Shown here: piece after piece, positions 18,338 through 24,754 of the stretch
How positions within the stretch are numbered: position 1 is the first letter of the stretch
Layout: each line of letters begins with the position of its first letter
DNA from: a virus
Lineage: Duplodnaviria > Caudoviricetes
DNA length: 33,971 nucleotides
Virus record (IMG/VR): IMGVR_UViG_3300012680_000002
Span: 1 to 33,971 of that record
Direction: 5' to 3' (one strand)
Position numbers and translations under genes: made by a program
The notes under the pieces: generated by a model
The model's database searches: none
The model's input: only the letters and a program-made list of their open reading frames with translations
Told to the model about the DNA's origin: nothing

Positions 18338-18552
18338 ACACGCATGAACTCATAGATAGCCTTCGGAATCACGTAGAACGCTTGCCGCTTCATCACTGTG
18401 CATACTGCGCTTCTGCTCATACCGTGCTTCAGACGATCGAGCACGACAGACTCAACCTCGTTTTCTCGATCTATTGCAATAACTGCAATCAGATCGACAA
18501 ACCCATGCTTTCGCAAAAGGACATCAAGAGAATCTTGATGGCAGTTGGATGA
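18334..18552 (+). CDS. Zn-ribbon hypothetical protein
   Basis: CAYC..CNNC; ATGA overlap, GAGG SD. Confidence 0.6.
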   Translation: MNTHELIDSLRNHVERLPLHHCAYCASAHTVLQTIEHDRLNLVFSIYCNNCNQIDKPMLSQKDIKRILMAVG

Positions 18553-18764
18553 AAAGCTTTCCTCGAGAGACATTCGGCAGCCGACTCAGGCGATACCGGC
18601 ATTATCGACGCTTCACCCAGACGAAACTGGCTCGCGAAGTGCGCAGCACACAAGGATTCATCAGTAAGATTGAAAACGATCAGCTCGAGCCCGGCGTTTA
18701 TCTCGCAACTCGATTATCAATACTGCTTCGCTTTCCACTCAAGGGACTGGTGGAGAAGCCATGA
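18549..18764 (+). CDS. XRE-family HTH protein
   Basis: FGSRLR.YR....TQTKLA..V.STQGFISKIEN..LEP. Confidence 0.8.
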   Translation: MKSFPRETFGSRLRRYRHYRRFTQTKLAREVRSTQGFISKIENDQLEPGVYLATRLSILLRFPLKGLVEKP

Positions 18765-18834
18765 AATTTTCAGATGTAGGGAGAGGAAAACGGTATGCGG
18801 CCGAGAACTGCATAACCAAAGGAGAAAACGTAAA

Positions 18835-19110
18835 ATGGTAAACGATAATGTGATGAGTATTCCTGGTTCTGCGAACGACATCAAGACGCTGCTTCGCCCT
18901 GTCTTCAGGGCGGCTGTGGTGGGCACCGGCATGTTGAATCATGGACCATCGGGCATCAAGTTTAACGAGGAAGAGGCCGGCGATTTCATCTCGGCTCTCG
19001 GTCTGACCACGTTCAGCTGGTCTGACACCTTTCAGTCAGATGATGCAGCGGTGGATGCGACTCTGAATGCCTACGTTCAGAAAATCACAGCGAGAACTGC
19101 AGCCGCTTAG
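18835..19110 (+). CDS. Hypothetical protein
   Basis: AAGGAG SD before ATG 18835 (the ORF track starts at 18670). Confidence 0.6.
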   Translation: MVNDNVMSIPGSANDIKTLLRPVFRAAVVGTGMLNHGPSGIKFNEEEAGDFISALGLTTFSWSDTFQSDDAAVDATLNAYVQKITARTAAA

Positions 19111-19131
19111 TTAGGTTCCTGGAAATGGAAG

Positions 19132-19185
19132 CCCCGCTTGAGTGGAGCCCTATCTGGTAATTGTGCCAGTTTCACTTGAGCGGGG
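19132..19185 (+). other. Long intergenic stem-loop
   Basis: CCCCGCTTGAGTGGA pairs with TTCACTTGAGCGGGG (with G-U pairs); inner TGGTA/TGCCA hairpin. Confidence 0.6.
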
Positions 19186-19199
19186 ATTTAACGAAGGAG

Positions 19200-19358
19200 A
19201 TGCAAGTGCAGGTAACGAGAGGAAAATGGGTTAGACCGCCAGCGCAGGCGCGATTCTGGATGAAAGTTCAGAAAGGCCAGTCGGTCATGACATCACCGAC
19301 TCAAACAACGTTAACAGATGGCCAAACGGCGACCGTACATGTCGGGTCTGCAGGCTAG
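19200..19358 (+). pseudogene. Possible HNH endonuclease N-terminal remnant
   Basis: RFWMKVQKG resembles the RFWxKV start of phage HNH proteins, but no HNH motif follows. Confidence 0.3.
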
Positions 19359-19399
19359 AGTATGACCGTCTGTATAACTTAAAGAGGAAGGAACTAAAA

Positions 19400-19474
19400 A
19401 TGAAGACCAAGAAGACACCAGCAAAGAAGACGGCGACCAAGAAGAGCACCGGATCCAAGAAGAAAAAGAAGTAA
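19400..19474 (+). CDS. 24-aa lysine-rich peptide MKTKKTPAKKTATKKSTGSKKKKK
   Basis: Hand-translated; GAGGAAGGA SD; below the ORF-track cutoff. Confidence 0.6.
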   Translation: MKTKKTPAKKTATKKSTGSKKKKK

Positions 19475-19570
19475 CAGCTTCCCTCTCCGTTGGCGCGGAT
19501 GGGGTTGGCGGCGGGTTTCGGTATCTCTATTCGTTGCGATGCCGTCCCGCCGCTTTGAAAGAGGAATGAA

Positions 19571-19666
19571 ATGGGAATGACAATTCGATTGATGGTGATG
19601 ATGGGGGCTGCCGGACTCTTCATTTTGTCCCTGATCTTTTTGATAGCGGTGAAGGAAACCTCTTGA
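19571..19666 (+). CDS. 31-aa single-TM peptide MGMTIRLMVMMGAAGLFILSLIFLIAVKETS
   Basis: GAGG SD; stop overlaps the next TTG start. Confidence 0.55.
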   Translation: MGMTIRLMVMMGAAGLFILSLIFLIAVKETS

Positions 19667-19854
19667 AAGAACAACAGCGAATGGAGCGCCTGAGGATGCG
19701 AATGAATCAAGCGGTAAGGCGCGTTCAGATTGCGTTAGCAGAGCGCGACTTCAGCAAAGCCGCCGACGCAATCGACTGTGCGCTCGAGGTGAGAAAAGAA
19801 TTCGCTAAAATCCTCAAAGAAGGAGGGCTGGACACAGATGAACCCGATCATTGA
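19663..19854 (+). CDS. Hypothetical protein
   Basis: Helical ORF in the operon. Confidence 0.55.
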   Translation: MKEQQRMERLRMRMNQAVRRVQIALAERDFSKAADAIDCALEVRKEFAKILKEGGLDTDEPDH

Positions 19855-20044
19855 TTTCAAAAAAGAGGTCCGACGCCTTGAAAGGCGGCTGATCGAGACA
19901 GCGATGAGGAATTGCTTAGGCACGAGGGACCGCGCAGCCGCGTACTTAGGACTTGCGAAGATGACGCTGGACGAGCGACTTCGCAGGTTCGGATGGAACC
20001 AGCGCGGAAACTGGCAGAATGAAATCTGGATGGAAGAAAAGTGA
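19838..20044 (+). CDS. Stand-alone Fis-type HTH (HTH_8) protein
   Basis: ERRLIETAM...GTRDRAAAYLGLAKMTLDERLRRFG. Confidence 0.75.
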   Translation: MNPIIDFKKEVRRLERRLIETAMRNCLGTRDRAAAYLGLAKMTLDERLRRFGWNQRGNWQNEIWMEEK

Positions 20045-20259
20045 ATCCAATCCTTGACCTGTGGGAACTCGAGGCGGCGCTTGGACTCTGGAAGCCTGGG
20101 ATGAAATTGGAAGCTGTGAAGATTCTGGCGCTGTGGCGTGCGCTGATTGTCTACGAAGGCGACCGGAAAAAAGTCGCCGATGATTTAGGAATGCCCCAGG
20201 AGTGGGTCGAGCAGACGATCAATCGACATGTACTGCTGAAGAAGTTTAGAGAGAGGTAA
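20041..20259 (+). CDS. Second Fis-type HTH protein
   Basis: RAL..YEGDRKKVADDLGM; starts MNPI.D like its neighbour. Confidence 0.55.
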   Translation: MNPILDLWELEAALGLWKPGMKLEAVKILALWRALIVYEGDRKKVADDLGMPQEWVEQTINRHVLLKKFRER

Positions 20260-20263
20260 CAGG

Positions 20264-20455
20264 ATGACACCCACGCCCACGAAACGAATCATTGAACTCG
20301 CCCGCGAGCAAGTCGAACAGGCGAGAAAGCAGAGAGCCCAGGCGCGGGAGATGGTTGAAGATGCGAGAGGCATGGTTAAGCGCGCACTAGAGAACTTGAG
20401 GCGCGTAATAGAAGCAGATCAGGAATCAAAGCCAGGCGGAGCTGATCGGAAATGA
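20264..20455 (+). CDS. Coiled-coil hypothetical protein
   Basis: GAGG SD; AR..VE.AR heptads. Confidence 0.6.
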   Translation: MTPTPTKRIIELAREQVEQARKQRAQAREMVEDARGMVKRALENLRRVIEADQESKPGGADRK

Positions 20456-20470
20456 AGGAAGCATACTACT

Positions 20471-20872
20471 ATGAGTAGACACGGTTATTCAGATTATTGT
20501 GATGATACATCGGCGATTGGCCTATGGCGTGGACAAGTCAAAAGCGCCATTCGAGGTAAACGCGGACAAGCATTTCTGCGGGAGCTTGTAGACTCCCTCG
20601 ATGCAATGACAGAGAAGCGCCTAATTGCTGGCGAACTCCGACAAGATGGAGAGGTTTGCGCGATTGGAGCTGTTGGAGCTAGGCGCGGTGTGAACCTCGA
20701 AGCCCTGTGTGTAGAGGATTACGACGGAATTGCAGATATGTTCGGGATAGCGCACCAGCTCGTGCAAGAGATTGAGTACATCAACGATGTATGTCTCGGC
20801 GGTAGCGCAACTCCAGAAGAGCGATGGAGCCGCATCCGTGCATGGGCCGAGAATAACATTAAAGCTGTATGA
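20471..20872 (+). CDS. Phage hypothetical protein
   Basis: MSR.GYSD..AIRGKRGQAFLREL..LDAM.EKRLI...VCAIG; AAGGA SD. Confidence 0.75.
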   Translation: MSRHGYSDYCDDTSAIGLWRGQVKSAIRGKRGQAFLRELVDSLDAMTEKRLIAGELRQDGEVCAIGAVGARRGVNLEALCVEDYDGIADMFGIAHQLVQEIEYINDVCLGGSATPEERWSRIRAWAENNIKAV

Positions 20873-20881
20873 GGACTTCAG

Positions 20882-21115
20882 ATGCATCATAGTTTGAAAA
20901 TATGGCCGCCGTATTACGAGGCTGTCGGATCAGGCAGGAAAACATTTGAACTGCGAAAGAATGACCGGGGCTTCCAGGCGGGGGATACCGTGACGCTGAG
21001 AGAGTGGGACCCGGATAGAGAAAAGTACACAGGTAACGAGCTGACCTATCAAATTGGATATGTGCTCCCGGTGGACGCCGAGCGAGTGGTGTTCAGTCTA
21101 GTGGGAACGAACTGA
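20882..21115 (+). CDS. ASCH/PUA-like (DUF3850) protein
   Basis: H.LKIWP.YYEAV.SG.KTFELRKNDRGFQ.GD...L.EW. Confidence 0.85.
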   Translation: MHHSLKIWPPYYEAVGSGRKTFELRKNDRGFQAGDTVTLREWDPDREKYTGNELTYQIGYVLPVDAERVVFSLVGTN

Positions 21116-21126
21116 GGACTTCAATG

Positions 21127-21298
21127 GCATGGACTGACAGAAGATTCGCTCATGGGCGGCTTAAAAACCATCAGACACGCCCAGTGAGCGTCGGTAGGCG
21201 CGCTTCCTTCGCGCCAGCCAACCGTGTGGTCCCGAGCGGTGCCGAACTTCGGGACATTTAACAAGCCGGACCCGTTACCCCTGAGTAACGACAATCTG
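21127..21298 (+). ncRNA. Candidate structured RNA with four hairpins
   Basis: CGCTCA-TGGGCG/CGCCCA-G-TGAGCG; GGCGCG/CGCGCC; GTCCCGA/TCGGGAC; CGTTAC/GTAACG within CCGGA/TCTGG. Confidence 0.45.
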
Positions 21299-21320
21299 GA
21301 AAGAGAACTGAGGACTTCAG

Positions 21321-21686
21321 ATGCGAACGAAAATTGAGCTTTGTAAGAACCGTGTCCCTTTGTGCCCGTATTGTCATGCTGACTACGAGATAGAGGGTGT
21401 AATGGATGACGATGATCAGATGGCTGTCCAATGTGGAAAATGCGACAAGCACTTCGCTATTCAAGGCTTCATTCGGGTTACCTACGACACAATGGGCGAC
21501 TGCGAGAAGAACAAGGAGATGCCGCATGAGCTTATGCCCAAGAGCAACGATTTCGGCCCGCACACCTGCCGTAAGTGTTCTCGCGAGGTCTACGAGTGGG
21601 AGCTACCACATGGGCAGTATCCAAAACTTAAGCTCGGCGAGTACGTTTTCGTTGAACGAAAGAGAACTGAGGACTTCTATGGATAA
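21321..21686 (+). CDS. Multi-CxxC Zn-binding hypothetical protein
   Basis: CPYC, CGKC, CRKC; start supplied by a boundary repeat. Confidence 0.65.
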   Translation: MRTKIELCKNRVPLCPYCHADYEIEGVMDDDDQMAVQCGKCDKHFAIQGFIRVTYDTMGDCEKNKEMPHELMPKSNDFGPHTCRKCSREVYEWELPHGQYPKLKLGEYVFVERKRTEDFYG

Positions 21687-21942
21687 CGTCACTGATGTTT
21701 TCAAGAACAAACCACACTTCAACGTGATCGCAATGTGCGTTGCTAAGAAATACGACGATGTTCTTTTCGATACAGAGACTTGCGGGCACCGATGGATTGG
21801 GACAGTTATCAGCGGGACGAGTCTCTTCGCGCTAGAGTGTCCTCGGTGCTGCGGCCAGAATTCGTTCGCATCTTTTCTGCCGGATGAGTACCTGGCTGAG
21901 TTCACGGCGAAACAGAACGGGACACTCAATGACCGATTATAA
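21679..21942 (+). CDS. Zn-ribbon hypothetical protein
   Basis: CGHRW..LECPRC; ATG 21679 supplied by a boundary repeat. Confidence 0.65.
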   Translation: MDNVTDVFKNKPHFNVIAMCVAKKYDDVLFDTETCGHRWIGTVISGTSLFALECPRCCGQNSFASFLPDEYLAEFTAKQNGTLNDRL

Positions 21943-22330
21943 CGACACCGCGCCGCCCGGAGTAACCTACTGGAAAAATCCGACAGAGAGCTGCCCGCAC
22001 GGCACGTCGCCGATAGTCGCATGTATCCGGGGTTGTGCTCAGACTATGATTCAGCAAATGACAGTAGAGATCGCCGAGCTTAAGTACCAGCTTAAAGCTG
22101 CGGGCATTAACGTAGACTACATGTGCAAGGGTATCACTGCGCTCAAGACAGAGGCCGCCGAGAATGAGAAGCTCATCGGGATGTCGGGCGAGCGAGAGCT
22201 GGAGCTGCGGGAAGAGAACGCGAAGCTGCTCGACGTTCTTAAGAAGGCTCGGGGAGCAATCTCTCTGGACTGCGCAGTCACACGTGATCTAGTCGAGCGC
22301 ACAATAACGGAGGCCGAAGGGAAAGAATGA
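21929..22330 (+). CDS. Coiled-coil hypothetical protein
   Basis: Overlaps both neighbours; start uncertain. Confidence 0.6.
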   Translation: MTDYNDTAPPGVTYWKNPTESCPHGTSPIVACIRGCAQTMIQQMTVEIAELKYQLKAAGINVDYMCKGITALKTEAAENEKLIGMSGERELELREENAKLLDVLKKARGAISLDCAVTRDLVERTITEAEGKE

Positions 22331-22671
22331 GCACAACAGATGAATGTATTTGGATCTATCGCGGGCAATGCATAAAAATTATCGATGGCGACACTGTGGT
22401 CATCAGGACCGACTTAGGTTTCAACGTGTACCGCGATCAGCGGTTCAGGCTTCTCAGGGTCAATACACCGGAACTCCGCGATCCGAACCCTGAGCTACGG
22501 GCGAAAGCACTCGAAGCGAAAGACGCATTGATTCTCATGGTTCTCAACAAGCAGGTCAAGGTCACGAGCTTTAAGAACAAGGCGGACAAGTATGGCCGCT
22601 ATCTTTGCGAGCTAGAGGTGGCGGGCCAGAGCGTGAACGATCTGCTGATCCAGATGGGATACAAGGCGTGA
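22327..22671 (+). CDS. Thermonuclease (SNase) family protein
   Basis: IDGDT..DLGF..R...VNTPE..DKYGRYL. Confidence 0.9.
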   Translation: MSTTDECIWIYRGQCIKIIDGDTVVIRTDLGFNVYRDQRFRLLRVNTPELRDPNPELRAKALEAKDALILMVLNKQVKVTSFKNKADKYGRYLCELEVAGQSVNDLLIQMGYKA

Positions 22672-22675
22672 AGCT

Positions 22676-22990
22676 GGGAGTGAGTGAAGGCGCGATCAGG
22701 CTGAGTCTGAAACGAAAGAGTAGATGAGGTTCAGAGCCTCAAATGCAATATGTTCGCTCGCGGTGAGCGGATGCTTGCTGGAGTATCGTAATTCTTTTGT
22801 ATTGGCCCACGGGCCGAAAGGAAGTGGGAGTTCGATTCTCCCTCGTTGACCGAGGACTGGTGTGAAGGGAGCAGGGACTCGGAGCCCTGTGATATGTCTG
22901 GCGGGCAATAACCCGACAGTAACTCTGGTGAGACAAATGGTCCTGGCGGCCCGCCAGTTAAAGCTCAGGCGGAATCCTGAGCAGGGGCAA
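22676..22990 (+). ncRNA. Candidate ~315-nt multi-domain structured RNA with tRNA-like parts
   Basis: No plus-strand ORF of 60 aa or more; loop-E + GNRA hairpin, canonical T-arm GGGAG-TTCGATT-CTCCC, many closing helices. Confidence 0.65.
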
Positions 22991-23023
22991 TTGAATTAAA
23001 ACTTCTATTATACCCGGTCTCAT

Positions 23024-23084
23024 CTGCAATATATTGCATAACAGAATACTTGACTGATACTGCAATATATTGCATACTCTATTT
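23024..23084 (+). promoter_or_regulatory. Toxin-antitoxin promoter with two operators
   Basis: Perfect palindrome TGCAATATATTGCA at 23025 and 23061; TTGACT(23050)-17 bp-CATACT(23073). Confidence 0.8.
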
Positions 23085-23369
23085 ATGAGGTTTGGGATTC
23101 AGAAGCTTGAGGGATATACCGAATGGTTCAAGAGCCATTCGCCCAAGTTTCAGGCCCAGATCGAAAAGCGTCTGGCCAAGATTGAGCAAGAGGGTCATTT
23201 CGGACACATCCGCGACCTAGATGACGGATTGTTTGAGATCAAGTTTAACAACGGCGCCAGAATTTACTACGCTCGTACGGGAATAGCTGAAATCACTCTG
23301 CTGTTAGGAGGGAATAAAAATGGCCAAAGCAAAGACATCAAAAGAGCGAAAAACCATATCGCTGGATGA
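23085..23369 (+). CDS. RelE/ParE-family toxin (addiction-module killer type)
   Basis: W..S......QI.KRL.KI...GHFG..R.L.DGLFEIK...G.RIYY...LLLGG.K..Q.KDI.RAK. Confidence 0.85.
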   Translation: MRFGIQKLEGYTEWFKSHSPKFQAQIEKRLAKIEQEGHFGHIRDLDDGLFEIKFNNGARIYYARTGIAEITLLLGGNKNGQSKDIKRAKNHIAG

Positions 23370-23790
23370 TATGCCAATCGTGATGCTTAAGAATCCAGAA
23401 GCCGCTGTGAGGCACTCGCCCACTGAAGCGCTCGCCGATATACGGTTTGTAGAAATGGCCCTGCTGCAGGCGTTTTCCGAGGGCGATGCGAAGGCGTTCA
23501 AGGAGATATTTAGGGCCCACTTAGATTCGGTGAATGTAAGCAAGGCGCTTGAGAACGCCGACATTAGCGAGAGAACATTTTACCATGCGGTATCGCCCGC
23601 TGGTAATCCCAACATGGATACGCTGTTTAGAATGATGCGGGTCATTCGGCGTCCGACGAATTCTAAGGAGAAGGCAATAAACCCCTATACCGGAAATGCG
23701 ATGCCGGAGGAGAAGCCAAAGAAAAAGGCGAAGATTCACGCGAAGATGCTGAAGCAAGCTGTCATCGCCAGAACCAAGTCCCATAGGTAG
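23320..23790 (+). CDS. HTH antitoxin (addiction-module antidote type)
   Basis: NVSK..E.A.IS..T.Y.A.S..GNP..DTL; GGAGG SD; downstream of the toxin. Confidence 0.8.
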   Translation: MAKAKTSKERKTISLDDMPIVMLKNPEAAVRHSPTEALADIRFVEMALLQAFSEGDAKAFKEIFRAHLDSVNVSKALENADISERTFYHAVSPAGNPNMDTLFRMMRVIRRPTNSKEKAINPYTGNAMPEEKPKKKAKIHAKMLKQAVIARTKSHR

Positions 23791-23791
23791 A

Positions 23792-23860
23792 CGAGGATGG
23801 CGAGGATCGAACTCGCGCACACCGAGTCAACGTCAGCTCTGCCTCTGAGCTTACATCCTC
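23792..23860 (-). ncRNA. tRNA-like element with a defective anticodon arm
   Basis: Acceptor GAGGATG/CATCCTC, D-arm GCTC-AGAGGCA-GAGC, T-arm GCGAG-TTCGATC-CTCGC; only 19 nt between D and T arms; no encoded CCA. Confidence 0.7.
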
Positions 23861-24404
23861 ACTCGTCGAGGTCGAACAGTTCATTCCAAACTCTTAGATA
23901 TCCTTTGATACGCATGCTCCCGGCTGGGTTCATGCTTCGCTGGCGCAGGTGAACGCCTCCGCCGTTGCGATTCACGCCCGGACCTGCGCTTGTGTTCCCG
24001 CCTACCGAGGTAAAGCTTTTGTCTGCCTGGCGTACTGAGATGATGGCCTCGACATGGCCGAATGGAGTCGGAACTTCGCCCCTCCATGCTTGGAACACGA
24101 CAATGCAGCCGGGCTCAGGCTTCTCGATTCGCATCTCTTTGGGCGATTTGTTCCACATGGTCAGACAGTGCTCTGTCTTGAAAAGGATCGACGGTGGGAG
24201 GAGGATTCCCAGCTTCTTTCCGTGTTTTCTCTCTGTCTCGAGAATGCAGTGCCACAAGAAGGCCAAGCACCAAGGCTCTCCGTTCGCCTTACCATCCACC
24301 GCGCGTTGAAATCGCTCCACGGCGAGACCGCGATTGTCGCCGCCGACTTCCATGGTCCCGACCCAGCTTAGCAGTTCTTCCGTGAACAGCTCGCGTCTAG
24401 TCAT
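23859..24404 (-). CDS. Endolysin, CHAP domain
   Basis: VG..E.GG.NRG..V, PWC.AF, PG.IVVF, GHV, GGNT; ATGA coupling at 24404. Confidence 0.8.
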   Translation of the reverse strand: MTRRELFTEELLSWVGTMEVGGDNRGLAVERFQRAVDGKANGEPWCLAFLWHCILETERKHGKKLGILLPPSILFKTEHCLTMWNKSPKEMRIEKPEPGCIVVFQAWRGEVPTPFGHVEAIISVRQADKSFTSVGGNTSAGPGVNRNGGGVHLRQRSMNPAGSMRIKGYLRVWNELFDLDE

Positions 24405-24754
24405 GGGGAACAGTGATCCTCGCCCCACCGCTTAAGCTCGTCTTGGTAGTTTTTGACCTTCTCCCACTCTTTCGGGAGGAAAGCCGTCGCTTTATCGAGG
24501 TTAGCAATCGGCGTGCGGCAGAGCTGGCCCTGCTTGAGCGTTGCCGTATCTGCCGGGCACTCGCTTAAGGAGTCGTTACGCTCCAGAGCTTGAATGATTC
24601 CGCTGACAGCCTTGTCGCCCCTTGAGTTCCCGCAGATGCCCTGCATTTGAGGAACGTCCAAGACGCACATGAACACGATCGGCTTCTTAGGCATTCCGAC
24701 ACACCCAAGGAGGAGGAGCGCACTAGAAATCGCTAATAACTTTGCTAGCGGCAT
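24401..24754 (-). CDS. Lipoprotein, o-spanin-like
   Basis: Lipobox LLGC; overlaps the 3' end of the upstream gene in another frame. Confidence 0.6.
   Translation of the reverse strand: MPLAKLLAISSALLLLGCVGMPKKPIVFMCVLDVPQMQGICGNSRGDKAVSGIIQALERNDSLSECPADTATLKQGQLCRTPIANLDKATAFLPKEWEKVKNYQDELKRWGEDHCSP

Larger units (their letters stand above)
20870..21681 (+). repeat. Four boundary repeats (GAAAGAGAAC)TGAGGACTTC-N1-2-ATG
   Basis: Copies at 20870, 21109, 21299 and 21658; the last two are identical over 20 bp. Confidence 0.85.

Noticed and set aside
19285-19710. 141-aa hydrophobic minus-strand ORF
   Set aside because: The Phe/Leu run is the reverse complement of the Lys-rich micropeptide, which has the better SD and orientation
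21406-21678. N-terminal extension of the 21406-21942 ORF
   Set aside because: Overlaps the 21321-21686 gene; the boundary repeat gives a better SD and ATG at 21679
20870-21681. CRISPR array
   Set aside because: Spacing is about 190-360 bp and irregular, the intervals hold genes, and no cas genes are seen
22696-22936. Two short minus-strand ORFs over the candidate ncRNA
   Set aside because: Opposite to local transcription and with no protein motifs; RNA structure explains the region better
21127-22990. Hammerhead or other known self-cleaving ribozyme in the structured regions
   Set aside because: No CUGANGA...GAAA core with the required stems found by eye
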